From Macrostomum lignano (Eukaryota), in NCBI GenBank assembly GCA_002269645.1, contig NIVC01002149.1:26060-90059 (forward strand): a stretch of DNA of 64,000 nt, read 5' to 3'. The notes beneath the pieces were generated by a model. That model was not told where the DNA came from. It did not search any database and saw only the letters and a program-made list of their open reading frames with translations. The position numbers were made by a program, and so were the translations under genes. Shown here piece by piece: positions 1 through 12,894 of the stretch (position 1 is the stretch's first letter; every line of letters starts with the position of its first letter).

Positions 1-50
1 AAATGATTGCGTTTCTTGGCAATTAATTCTCGAAATTTGTGTACATCCAC

Positions 51-1290
51 TCACACAGGATGTACAGCTCTCACACAGGATTAAGTAGAGCTCTCACACA
101 GGATTAAGTAGAGCTCTCACACAGGATTAAGTAGAGCTCTCACACAGGATTAAGTAGAGCTCTCACACAGGATTAAGTAGAGCTCTCACACAGGATGTAG
201 AGCTGTGTACAGTACTCACACAGGATGTACAGCTCTCACACAGGATTAAGTAGAGCTCTCACACAGGATTAAGTAGAGCTCTCACACAGGATGTAGAGCT
301 GTGTACAGTACTCACACTGGATTTACAGCTCTCACACAGGATTAAGTAGAGCTCTCACACAGGATTAAGTAGAGCTCTCACACAGGATGTAGAGCTGTGT
401 ACAGTACTCACACTGGATTTACAGCTCTCACGCAGGATTAAGTAGAGCTCTCACACAGGATTAAGTAGAGCTCTCACACAGGATTAAGTAGAGCTCTCAC
501 ACAGGATGTAGAGCTGTGTACAGTACTCACACTGGATTTACAGCTCTCACACAGGATTAAGTAGAGCTCTCACACAGGATTAAGTAGAGCTCTCACACAG
601 GATGTAGAGCTGTGTACAGTACTCACACTGGATTTACAGCTCTCACACAGGATTAAGTAGAGCTCTCACACAGGATTAAGTAGAGCTCTCACACAGGATG
701 TAGAGCTGTGTACAGTACTCACACTGGATTTACAGCTCTCACGCAGGATTAAGTAGAGCTCTCACACAGGATTAAGTAGAGCTCTCACACAGGATGTAGA
801 GCTGTGTACAGTACTCACACTGGATTTACAGCTCTCACACAGGATTAAGTAGAGCTCTCACACAGGATTAAGTAGAGCTCTCACACAGGATTAAGTAGAG
901 CTCTCACACAGGATGTCGAGCTGTGTACAGTACTCACACAGGATTTACAGTCTCACACAGGATGTACAGCTGTCACACGGGATGTATAGCTCTCACACTG
1001 GATGTACAGCTCTCACACAGGATGTACAGCTCTCACACTGGATGTACAGCTCTCACGCAGGATGTACAGCTCTCACACAGGATGTACAGCTCTCACACTG
1101 GATGTACAGCTCTCACACAGGATATACAGCTCTCACACAGGATGTACAGCTCTCACACAGGATGTACAGCTGTCACACAGGATGTAAAGCTCTCACACAG
1201 GATGTACAGCTCTCACACTGGATGTACAGCTCTCACACAGGATGTACAGCTCTCACACAGGATGTGAAGCTCTCACAGGATGTACAGCTC
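51..1290. repeat. Minisatellite with 23-bp (ctctcacacaggattaagtagag) and 20-bp (ggatgtacagctctcacaca) units, 96/119-bp higher-order pattern
   Basis: Direct inspection; in a TSP1 gene intron. Confidence 0.95.
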
Positions 1291-1364
1291 TCGTACGAGA
1301 AACCACTTGATTCAGCTCCAGTTTTCCTCCCCAGAACTCTAACTCCAGGGCACGACAGCCGCAC

Positions 1365-1915
1365 CTTGCCGCAGTCCTCTTCCAGCTCGAGCGCGTTGCC
1401 CCTTGCCGGCATGGCCACGCCCGACTTCTGGCCGTCGATGTTGCTCTGCGCATCCGACGCCATGTCGACACGCGCCTGCTCGACCTTCGCGGCGTCGTCC
1501 GGGCCGCCGACCACGGGAGCGGCGGCGGAGTCGGCGGCTGCCTTCTCAGCCGTTTTGACGGCTTCCGCGGTGGCGTTGAACTGGCAGTCGGTCCACTCGC
1601 CCCACTCGCCCCAGCCGCCGTTCTGCGGGCAGATTACGTAGGCCCGGCAGGGCAGGCACTCCTTGCTGGCTTTCTCGCCGCCCTGGCAGAAGTCCAAGTT
1701 GATGGCGCCCAGCTTCGGGTCGTTCATGTCGACGCAGTCGCGGCGGCGGCAGCGGACGCCCTGGCCGCAGGTGGTGCTGCACTGCGTCTCGTGAGCGGAC
1801 CAGGACTGCCAGGCTGGGCTGATGCCGGCGCGGACCGGCGGGACCGGCAGCCACACGACGGCGAGGAGGGCAAGGGCGAGGGCGCCGCTGAAAAATTTGA
1901 CAGCCTTCGCGGCAT
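1365..1915 (-). CDS. Secreted thrombospondin type-1 (TSP1) repeat protein, first coding exon; gene continues beyond window start
   Basis: WQSWS..CSTTCGQGVRCRRRDC and CPQNGGWGEWGEWTDC are TSP1 signatures. ATG at 1915 gives the signal peptide MPRRLSNFFSGALALALLAVVWLPVPPVRAG if one T is restored in the T5 run (1891-1895). Probable donor AAG|GTGCGG at 1365/1364. Confidence 0.8.
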
Positions 1916-1924
1916 TTCAATGTT

Positions 1925-2190
1925 CGACTGGGATGGGAGGGTGGGATTGGGAGACTGGGATGGGAGACTGTGATGGGAGACTCGGATGGGAGACTGGGAT
2001 GGGAGACTGTGATGGGAGACTCGGATGGGAGACTGGGATGGGAGACTGTGATGGGAGACTCGGATGGGAGACTCGGATGGGAGACTCGGATGGGAGACTC
2101 GGATGGGAGACTGGGATGGGAGACTGGGGATGGGATTCTGGGGAGATGGGGAGTTGGGAGACGAGAGACAATGAGATCGGAGATTGGGGA
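1925..2190. repeat. Minisatellite built from ggatgggagact-type units
   Basis: Direct inspection. Confidence 0.9.
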
Positions 2191-2726
2191 GGGAAGGTCA
2201 ATAATCAGTGTGCATGCAGCTACACCTGCTTTCAAAGTGATGGATTTGAAATCAATGAATCGCACACAGCGACCCCAACCTGCTCTGGAGTGGTCGGCGA
2301 TCCAGCCTGCTGAATTCAGTCAGTTCGAGTACTTAGACAGACGAGAGGCAGATAAATATTTAAAAAGTTCAAAATTTTTCTCTGACCTCTGAATTTGTTT
2401 TACTTAACTGCATCCGAAGAAAGATTGAGCAGTGGTGGGACCTTCTGCCATAGACAATCCAACCCATCTACTCGTATACTTGACTTGTTATTTATGAACT
2501 TTATCATGATACAGATATTGGCCCCAAGAAAGTTGACTTGTCCTTTATACTACTATTATGAGTACATAGTAACGTTAACAGACGCATATTAAAAATTTAA
2601 ATTTAACTCAGTCAAATTCAGATCTGTAGTTAAAAATCAGCGAGTTAAAACAGCATGTGGAGCCGGGCCATTGCACTGTTCAGTGTGTGTCGAGGAATCG
2701 CGAAAGTCGGTCACACAAATTACGAA

Positions 2727-5700
2727 TTAAAAATTCTCCTTGTTGAAGTAGAACACAGAGCTCGTGCTGTTGCTGAACTCATTGCACCTGCCGTTCAAAT
2801 CCTTAGCCAGCTGACCCGGTCCGCAGAAGAATATCCCTATAGACGTGCTGGAAGCGAAAAATATAAATTTGAAAATCAAACAATGAAAATGTTGAACAGC
2901 CTACTTTTGAAGTAGGCGAATAGCGTATTACTCGTATTATGCTGACAAGTAACGAATTATACTCTACTGTTGGTGAAAATGCTAGACAGTCTACTGCTTT
3001 AAGTAGGCAAGCAGTGAATTTTATTGCCTAAAGAGTCCATGATAAAAACCAAAGCAGCGCTCACTCCGGATGCTTGGCCGCCAGGCCCCGCAGCTCCAGG
3101 TCCCAGTTCGGCCGCCCGTAGTGCGTCCGGGTCCGCAGCCCCGTCAGACAGTCAGCCTCGTCGCCCTCCCGACTGGCGATCTCGCGGGCTTGGCGAGTCT
3201 CCACGCTGCCCGTAAGGTGCACCCGGATGTCTAGCAGCTGGGCGTAGTCATCGCCATCCATTCGCTGAAGGTCGCGCTCGAGATCCTGCAGCAAGGCGGC
3301 GAACCACTCGAACGCACGGCAGTCGGGGCAGATCCAGTAGAAGTAGAGGCGCTTCAGCTTGCGCAGGGAGCGCGTCTTGCCGGCCTGGTGCCACACATCG
3401 CGCAGCACGGAGGCGAAGGGGGTGACGCCGATGCCGCAGCCAATCAGCACCGAGACCGAGTACTGGGTTACGCCCTGCGGAGGGAAGAGGAGACGGAATT
3501 TTCCTGCCCGGATAAAAAAGTGCAGAGTTAGCCGACCAATAAGGAATCAAAGGGACGGCTTGATGAGGTAGGCGGAATATCTGGGAGGCTTGAGGGATGA
3601 TTTAAACCAATGGGGAGGCTTCAGAGGGTAGGCGGACCAATGGGGATGAGGCTTCAGAGGGTAGGCGGACCAATGGGGATGAGGCTGCAGAGGGTAGGCG
3701 GACCAATGGGGATGAGGCTGCAGAGGGTAGGCGGACCAATGGGGATGAGGCTGCAGAGGGTAGGCGGACGAATGTTTTCGGAGGGTTGAGGTGGTTGAGA
3801 GGACCAATTATATGGAAATGCTTTCTGCAGAAATTCGTACCAGGAAGGAGGGACTTCGACATAAAGGCACAGCAATGCTATGTAGCTACTTAGAGAACTC
3901 ACATCAGACGCCGTGCCGTACGGTCCATCCAAGTAGATTCTGAAATAATTCAAGGAATAAGGTGAGACTTGGAAAATAATAAATGACAGGAATGCACTAC
4001 TTGGCGACACAGACAGCGTTGAAGATGGTTCGAATTTTCAACGGTGCCTTCGGATTTCTATGGCAAAATCTGATTTACTTTGCATTCCTTATAAATACAA
4101 ACCGTTCTTTGGGCTTAATACGCTCGTATCGTGAACAATTCTAAGAAAGTGACTCACCTCGGCAGCAGGTCCCGCTCGCCTGTGGTGAGGTCGCCTTTGC
4201 CGTAGCACTGTGAGTACAGCTGCTCCACTTGCTTGGTCCAGTCGCCCACGGTGCGAATGTGGACGGAGATGTACGGATCGTCTGGGGCCTGCGATGGTTG
4301 AAGATTCCCCAGTTACCTCTCAATGAATGCACCGGCTACACTCTGAAGTTCAGGTAAATCTGCTTTCTAGCTTGCTTAACAACTACAGTGAGTTCATGCT
4401 TTTCAGTCATTTACTGTCTAAGGTACAGTGTACAGTGCAGGGTGTACAGTGCAGGTTGTACAGTACAAGGTGTACAATGCAGGGTGTACAGTGCAGATTG
4501 TACAGTGTAGGTTGTACAGTGCAGGTTGTACAGTACAAGGTGTACAATGCAGGGTGTACAGTGCAGATTGTACAGTGCAGATTGTACAGTGCAGATTGTA
4601 CAGAGTAGGTTGTACAGTACACGGTGTACAATGCAAGGTGTACAGTGCAGGTTGTACAGTGCAGATTGTACAGTACAAGGTGTAAAATGCAGGGTGTACA
4701 GTGCAGATTGTACAGTGCAGATTGTACAGTGCAGGTTGTACAGTGTAGGTTGTACAGTACAAGGTGTAAAATGCAGGGTGTACAGTGCAGGGTGTACAGT
4801 CAAAGGTGCACTGTGCACCTGTTAGAGGTGCAAACAGTACATGGCTTAATGTACAGGCTGTACAGTATAGGCTGCACTCTAAAACAAAGTACTGTTTTTG
4901 AATGATTGAGTTGTACTGCCTTTTTACAAGGACCACTAGAAGTTACCGTTGTATCAGGACGCAACACTCGTAAATATTGCAAAATTATTTGAAGGCCCGC
5001 TTGTTTGCATTGCAGCTGAACTTTAAATGCTCATAACTCCGGACTGGTTGCACTTAAAAAGATATTTTTTTTGCCAGGTTGCTCAAAATTTTGTTTTCTT
5101 TAACATGATGCAAAGTTTGGCGCTATCTACATGTAGGAGCGGCGGGCGTACAGTAAAGTAACGGCAATACACAATATTTCATTGCATACAAAATGAATAA
5201 AGTTTCACGTAAACAAGCGGGCCTTCAAATAATTTTGCAATATTTACGAGTGTTGCGTCCTGATACAACGGTAACTTCTAGTGGTCCTTGCCTTTTTATT
5301 GTGTAGGATGTACTTTCAGGGTGTACAAACTTTTTCACAAATGTTCACTAATACGAGCAAGAAGAATACACTACTGAAATTGGCAGTAATAAAATTTTAA
5401 TCACGTACTAGAAAATCGCATGTAAATGGAAAAACTTGAGTATCAGCAGAGAGCGCACCGAGGTGAGGGTGAACGGGTGCCACTGCAGCTGGGAGGCCTC
5501 CGGCACCAGCAGGAAGACGTACTCGCCTGGCGAGGCGGCGAACCCGGGGCAACGAAGGCGCAGCTCCATCACTCGGGAGGGATGCTGGACAGCGCGGACC
5601 ACCTCCACTCGGCGACAACGGCGAGACACTCGGAGCAGCTTCTCGATGGCGTAGATGGCAGCCGGAGCCACCAGCCACATCCACGTCTGGCGAGGCAGTG

Positions 5701-8066
5701 GGATGGGAATAGGGAGGCTGGGTGTTCACCCTTCATCATGTTTAGCCTACACGGCAGCTCGGACTCAAGTCAATCTAATATTGGGGTATCGTCTCTCCGA
5801 TAATAGAATCTCTAGTCTCCAATGATAGAATCTCTAGTCTCCGATCCCAGAATCTCTAGTCTCCAATCCCAGAATCTCTAGTCTCCAATCCCAGAATCTC
5901 TAGTCTCTAATCGCTGAATCTCTAGTCTCCAATCGCTGAATCTCTAGTCTCCAATCGCTGAATCTCTAGTCTCCAATCCTAGAATCTCTAGTCTCCAATC
6001 CCAGAATCTCTAGTCTCCAATCCCAGAATCTCTAGTCTCCAATCGCAGAATCTCTAGTCTCCAATCGCAGAATCTCTAGTCTCAAATCCCAGAATCTCTA
6101 GTCTCCAATCCTAGAATCTCTAGTCTCCGATCGCTGAATCTCTAGTCTCCAATCCCAGAATCTCTAGTCTCCAATCCCAGAATCTCTAGTCTCCAATCCC
6201 AGAATCTCTAGTCTCCAATCTCAGAATCTCTTGTCTCAGTCGCAGAATCTCTAGTCTCAGTCGCAGAATCTCTAGTCTCAGTCGCAGAATCTCTAGTCTC
6301 AGTCGCAGAATCCCGGATCTCAGCCCCAAAGCAATGGCAGAACCAACCGTGGAGCCGGCAAAGCTGAAGGTGGGCACCGGACACTCCGGCAGGGAGCCGC
6401 TGCCCCACAGCTGGAATTTGCTGGCGCAGGCGGCCGGCTTGTGGGCGGCCAGGTTGGACTGGGGACGGACAACGCCTCTGCGGGTTCGGGGTGGAGGTGA
6501 AGACATTTGGCACAGCGGAGACTCACAGCAGCTGAGAAAGGAAGGCCGTGATGGAGACGATTAAGGATGAAGAGAGCAGGATAATTGGAAAGGGGGAGGG
6601 AGCAGATGAGGACAAGGGTGTGAAGGGGAGAGGCATTGAGGGGAGATGAAGGTGGGGTAGAAAAAAGGACTGAGAGGAATGAAAAGGAAATGAAGGGATG
6701 CGGCGATGGGAGTAAAAAGGAAGGGAGGGAAACGAAGTGAGGGAAACGAAGGGAGGGAAACGAAGGGAGGGAAACGAAGGGAGGGAACCGTGGAGAGGGA
6801 AACGAAGGGAGTGAAAAAGAGGGGAGGGAAACGAAGGGAGGGAAACGAAGGGAGGGAAATGAGGGGAGGGAAACGAAGGGAGGGAAACAAAGGGAGGGAA
6901 ATGAGGGGAGGGAAACGAAGGGAGGGAAACGAAGGGAGGGAAATGAGGGGAGGGAAACGAAGGGAGGGAAACAAAGGGAGGGAAATGAGGGGAGGGAAAC
7001 GAAGGGAGGGAAACGAAGGGAGGGAAACGAAGGGAGGGAAACGAAGGGAGGGAAATGAGGGGAGGGAAACGAAGGGAGGGAAACGAAGGGAGGGAAACGA
7101 AGGGAGGGAAACGAAGGGAGGGAAACGAAGGGAGGGAAACGAAGGGGGAGCGAAGGAAGATAAAGTAAAGGGATGGAAGGGAAGATTCAGGAGACAAAGG
7201 AAGGGGAGATGCAGGGAGACAAAGGAAGGGGAGATGCAGGGAGACAATGGAAGGGAGATGCAGGGAGACAAGGGAAGGGAGATGCAGGGAGACAAGGGAA
7301 GGGAGATGCAGGGAGATAAGGGAAGGGAGATAAAGAAATCCGAGTGCAAGTCCAGCAAGCCAACGAGTCCTCGAGTCCCCCGAAGCGACTCACGCCATCC
7401 CGTGCACCAGCAGCAGCAGGTAGAACAAGAAGAAGAGCTTGTGCGTGTACCAGAAGGTCTCGAACCTGGCCCGCTTGACCGCGGTAGCCGCCGACGCCAC
7501 GATGGCCACCAGCAGGCAGAGCAGCAGCAGGCCGGTCCAGCCGGGCAGCAGGACGGCCGCCTCCACCAGCGGGTCGGCGCCGGCCCGCTGCACCGGGTTG
7601 ATTCCCCGGTGGCCGGGCAGCAGGGACAGAGTCCGCAGCAGGCTGCCGCCCGCGCTCGAGTTGCCGCCGGCGGGCAGGTCGAAGGCGTGGACGAACCGCT
7701 CGATGTTGAGGTAGTGGGAGGCGGCGTGCAAAGCGGCGTGAAAGCAGATGAGCCAGGCCAGCGCGCGGTGGAGGCTGATGTTGTCATCGATGAGGCGGCG
7801 GACGTTGCGCTTGCACAGCTGGCGCGGCACGGGTGAGGGGCGCAGCGGGGGATTTTGCGGGGCCTCAAAAACTGTATGAACTGCTGCTGCTCTCGATTTA
7901 CTCACTCACTCACTCACGCACTCACTCTCACTCACTCAGTCAGTCACTCACTCACTCACTCACTCACTCACTCACTCACTCACTCACTCACTCACTCACT
8001 CACTCACTCACTCACTCACTCACTCACTCACTCACTCACTCACTCACTCACTCACTCACTCACACA

Positions 8067-8105
<39 letters not shown>

Positions 8106-8178
8106 TCACGCACTCACTCTCACTCACTCACTCACTCACTCACTCACTCACTCACTCACTCACTCACTCACTCACACA

Positions 8179-8215
<37 letters not shown>

Positions 8216-11200
8216 TCACGCACTCACTCTCACTCACTCAGTCAGTCACTCACTCACTCACTCACTCACTCACTCACTCACTCACTCACTCACTCACTCA
8301 CTCACTCACTCACTCACTCACTCACTCACTCACTCACTCACTCACTCACTCACTCACTCACTCACTCACTCACTCACTCACTCACTCACTCACTCACTAA
8401 CTCACTCACTCACTCACTCACTCACACACAAACACACACACACACACACACACACTCACTCACGCACTCACTCTCACTCACTCACTCACTCACTCACTCA
8501 CTCACTCACTCACTCACTCACTCACTCACTCACTCACTCACTCACTCACTCACTCACCCACACTCACTCACTCACTCACTCACTCACTCACTCACCCACA
8601 CTCATTCACTCACTCACTCACTCACCCACACTCATTCACTCACTCACTCACTCACTCACTCACTCACTCACTCACTCACTCACTCACTCACTCACTCACT
8701 CACTCACTCACTCACTCACTCACTCACTCACTCACTCACTCACTCACTCACTCACTCACTCACCCACACTCATTCACTCACTCACTCACTCACCCACACT
8801 CATTCACTCACTCACTCACTCACTCACTCACTCACTCACTCACTCACTCAATCCTCGCTCACCAATCAACAGCCGCAGCAACTCACCCGCTTATTAACGC
8901 ACAGGTACCGCAGGAAATGCAGCAGATTTCTGCACACCGGCAACGCAACAAGGGCGCAGTTGAAGTTTAAGCAGGCGGCCGAGGCTCTGGCGAAGGCCAG
9001 GCTGTGCTGAAGGAAAAAAACAGCAAGGAAGAAATAGCGGAATATTGCAGCAAAAATCACGGAAAACTCCATGACTTGACTTTGGAAACTTCCCTCGCCA
9101 GCTCAAAACTAGGAAAATTCCAGTGCAAAATCTAGGAAAATTTAATTATTAATTTAAAAAAATCCTTCGCTAAATCTAGGAAGATTCCATCGCTAAATCT
9201 AGGAAGATTCCATCGCTAAATCTAAGAAAATTCCATCGCTAAATCTAAGAAAATTCCATCGCTAAATCTAAGAAAATTCCATCGCTAAATCTAAGAAAAT
9301 TCCATCGCTAAATCTAAGAAAATTCCATCGCTAAATCTAAGAAAATTCCATCACTAAATCTAGGAAAATTCCATCACTAAATCTATGAGAATTCCAATAA
9401 TAAATCTAGTAAAATTCCATCGCTCAATCTAGGAAAATTCCATTAATAAATTTAGGAAAATTCCATCACTAAATCTAGGAGAATTCCATCACTCAATCTA
9501 GGAAAATTCCATCACTAAATCTAGGAAAACTCCATCACTAAATCTAGGAAAATTCCATCACTAAATCTAGGAAAATTCCATCACTCAATCTAGGAAAACT
9601 CCATCACTAAATCTAGTAAAATTCCATCACTAAATCTAGGAAAATTCCATCACTAAATCAAGGAAAATTCCATCACTAAATCTAGTAAAATTCCATCACT
9701 AAATCTAGGAAAATTCCATCACTAAATCTAGTAAAATTCCATCACTAAATCTAGGAAAACTCCATCACTAAATCAAGGAAAATTCCATCAGTAAATCTAG
9801 GAAAATTCCATCGCTCAATCTAGGAGAATTCCATCGCTCAATCTAGGAGAATTCCATCGCTCAATCTAGGAAAATTCCATCGCTCAATCTAGGAGAATTC
9901 CATCGCTCAATCTAGGAAAATTCCATCGCTCAATCTAGGAGAATTCCATCGCTCAATCTAGGAAAATTCCATCAGTAAATCTAGGAAAATTCCATCGCTC
10001 AATCTAGGAGAATTCCATCGCTCAATCTAGGAAAATTCCATCGCTCAATCTAGGAAAATTCCATCACTAAATCTAGGAAAATTCCATCAGTAAATCTAGG
10101 AAAATTCCATCGCTAAATCTAGGAAAATTCCATCAGTAAATCTAGGAAAATTCCATCGCTCAATCTAGGAGAATTCCATCGCTCAATCTAGGAGAATTCC
10201 ATCGCTCAATCTAGGAAAATTCCATCACTAAATCTAGGAAAATTCCATCAGTAAATCTAGGAAAATTCCATCGCTCAATCTAGGAGAATTCCATCGCTCA
10301 ATCTAGGAAAATTCCATCGCTCAATCTAGGAGAATTCCATCGCTCAATCTAGGAAAATTCCATCAGTAAATCTAGGAGAATTCCATCGCTCAATCTAGGA
10401 GAATTCCATCGCTCAATCTAGGAGAATTCCATCGCTCAATCTAGGAAAATTCCATCGCTCAATCTAGGAGAATTCCATCGCTCAATCTAGGAAAATTCCA
10501 TCGCTCAATCTAGGAGAATTCCATCGCTCAATCTAGGAAAATTCCATCAGTAAATCTAGGAAAATTCCATCGCTCAATCTAGGAAATTCCATCGCTCAAT
10601 CTAGGAAAATTCCATCGCTCAATCTAGGAAAATTCCATCACTAAATCTAGGAAAATTCCATCAGTAAATCTAGGAAAATTCCATCGCTCAATCTAGGAAA
10701 ATTCCATCGCTAAATCTAGGAAAATTCCATCGCTCAATCTAGGAGAATTCCATCGCTCAATCTAGGAGAATTCCATCGCTCAATCTAGGAAAATTCCATC
10801 GCTCAATCTAGGAGAATTCCATCGCTCAATCTAGGAAATTCCATCGCTCAATCTAGGAGAATTCCATCGCTCAATCTAGGAAAATTCCATCGCTCAATCT
10901 AGGAGAATTCCATCGCTCAATCTAGGAAAATTCCATCGCTCAATCTAGGAGAATTCCATCGCTCAATCTAGGAAAATTCCATCGTCAAATCTAGGAAAAT
11001 TCCATCGCTCAATCTAGGAGAATTCCATCGCTCAATCTAGGAGAATTCCATCGCTAAATCTAGGAAATTCCATCGCTCAATCTAGGAAATTCCATCGCTC
11101 AATCTAGGAGAATTCCATCGCTCAATCTAGGAGAATTCCATCGCTCAATCTAGGAGAATTCCATCGCTCAATCTAGGAAAATTCCATCGCTCAATCTAGG

Positions 11201-12268
11201 AGAATTCCATCGCTCAATCTAGGAAAATTCCATCGCTCAATCTAGGAGAATTCCATCGCTCAATCTAGGAGAATTCCATCGCTCAATCTAGGAAAATTCC
11301 ATCGCTCAATCGAAAAATTCCATTCGCTCAATCTAGGAAAATTCATTACGAAATTTGAGAACTTTAATTAGTGAGCTGCAACGAACTAAGCCCATAAGCC
11401 AATAAAACTCACCCCCAGCATCAGTCTATGGTAATAGACGGCGTCAGATTGCTCGTAATGTGACAGCGTGACAGCAAAGATGATCACATTTACCAGTAGT
11501 AAAATAATCTGTTAACAAATTGTCGTGTATTAAAAAAATTCGGAATTAAACAGATGCGTGTAGATGATATAAATTAATGGTAACTTAAAGGCTTGAGCCA
11601 ATTTAAAGATGCTTTGAGTTCTAAGATCTCCGCATGTAGTTTGGGTACCGATTCATAAATTTTTACGAGCGTACATATAATAGATTGGGCCATAGACACT
11701 AGTGGCAAGCTGGGTCATAAACAACAATGACACATTGGGCCATAGAAACTAATGACACATTCGGCCATAGACACTAGTGACACATTGGGTCATGGACACT
11801 AGTGAAACATTGGGCCATAGACACTAGTGACACATTGGGTCATGGACACTAGTGACAGATTGGGTCATAGTGACAGATTGGGTCATAGTGACAGATTGGG
11901 TCATAGTGACAGATTGGGTCATAGTGACAGATTGGGTCATAGTGACAGATTGGGTCATAGTGACAGATTGGGTCATAGTGACAAATTGGGTCATAGTGAC
12001 AGATTTGGTCAGATACTAGAGCCATAGACCGATTGGGTCATAGTGACAAATTGGGTCATAGTGACAGATTTGGTCAGACACTAGAGCCATAGACTAAGTC
12101 AGAGACACTAGAGAGTGATTAGGTCAGAGACACCTTGATATGCAATAGAAATTTTAATTCTGAAAAGCTTACGCAGACAGACAGGATCAGGGCCAATCAG
12201 CTCACCAGCACAAGGGTCCTCGGTCCCTCATTGTGACACCAACGGATGGCGCCGAATTTGGTTACCAT
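2727..12268 (-). CDS. CYBB: NADPH oxidase, NOX1/NOX2 (gp91phox/cytochrome b-245 heavy chain) type, 10 exons, 586 aa
   Basis: Exons 12206-12268, 11413-11508, 8887-9006, 7394-7818, 6348-6477, 5459-5686, 4158-4288, 3903-3939, 3065-3474 and 2727-2847 are all GT-AG and phase-consistent (1761 nt). Motifs: W..NEG N-terminus, [15 protein letters not shown], heme histidines ([16 protein letters not shown]; [19 protein letters not shown]), [34 protein letters not shown] and C-terminal FNKENF*. No EF hands. Confidence 0.95.
3560..3770. repeat. 33-bp minisatellite (ggcggaccaatggggatgaggctgcagagggta), about 5-6 copies
   Basis: Direct inspection; NOX intron. Confidence 0.9.
4420..4865. repeat. TGTACAG-rich degenerate minisatellite
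   Basis: Direct inspection; NOX intron, next to the MITE. Confidence 0.9.
4927..5290. mobile_element. MITE, 364 bp, with 80-bp perfect TIRs and 8-bp TSD (P or hAT superfamily)
   Basis: 4927-5006 is the exact reverse complement of 5211-5290 and begins CAAGGACCACTAG. CCTTTTTA is duplicated at 4919-4926 and 5291-5298. Confidence 0.92.
5803..6312. repeat. 22/21-bp minisatellite (cccagaatctctagtctccaat)
   Basis: Direct inspection; NOX intron. Confidence 0.93.
6660..7335. repeat. Polypurine 14-bp minisatellite (agggagggaaacga) plus a gggagatgca-type variant
   Basis: Direct inspection; NOX intron 4. Confidence 0.93.
7898..8850. repeat. (ACTC)n microsatellite with (AC)n interruptions
   Basis: Direct inspection; fills NOX intron 3. 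Confidence 0.97.
9170..11340. repeat. 23-bp minisatellite (aatctaggaaaattccatcgctc), about 90 copies
   Basis: Direct inspection; NOX intron 2. Confidence 0.97.
11680..12110. repeat. 18-bp minisatellite (gattgggtcatagtgaca) with longer degenerate flanks
   Basis: Direct inspection; NOX intron 1. Confidence 0.9.
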
Positions 12269-12894
12269 GGCGACGCAATTAAGTGTCTAAGTGGTCTGTC
12301 TCGGAAGCAGGAAAAATTAACGAACGAGAAAGAAATCATATGGGAATCAGGCATTTGTTAATTATATCAAGCTGATTAAAAACTCACGACCAAGACAATA
12401 AAGAATTTTTTTGCTTCGACAGCAGTGAGCAGTTGAAACGTTAGTTTAAAATTTATAAAATTTCACGTGTATTTCGCACTAAAATAATCCACCACTAAGA
12501 AATGATTACATGATAAGCATGGTTTGATGAAATGTAATGAAACCAACAGCCTCTTTAACAATAACGAAAATACTGAACAGTTAAGCTTGAACTACAGAAA
12601 TTACATAAAAATATTGGCATGTTAAGAAAGAATGGCATTGTAGTTTGTTTTGTTAGCATAATAATTTGTGTACCTGCGTGCTTAGGATTAGGAAAGACAA
12701 TGTTAGCAGAAGTTGAAATTAGACATTCAAAACGCACTAAATGGCTTATATTGTAGGAGATTAAAAAATTAACAATAGGCACAGAGGAGATTCGCACATC
12801 ACTATCAGCTGCATGAAAGGCTCGGCCCCTGCCGCAATTCAAGGCCAAAGTCGACCCGCGGCCAATTTAAAAAAAGTTTTGTAAATATTTTTTT

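Noticed and set aside
6523-8897. Long low-complexity ORFs (SLTH, REG, FPSLR repeats)
   Set aside because: Intronic repeats of NOX or antisense frames of NOX exon 4.
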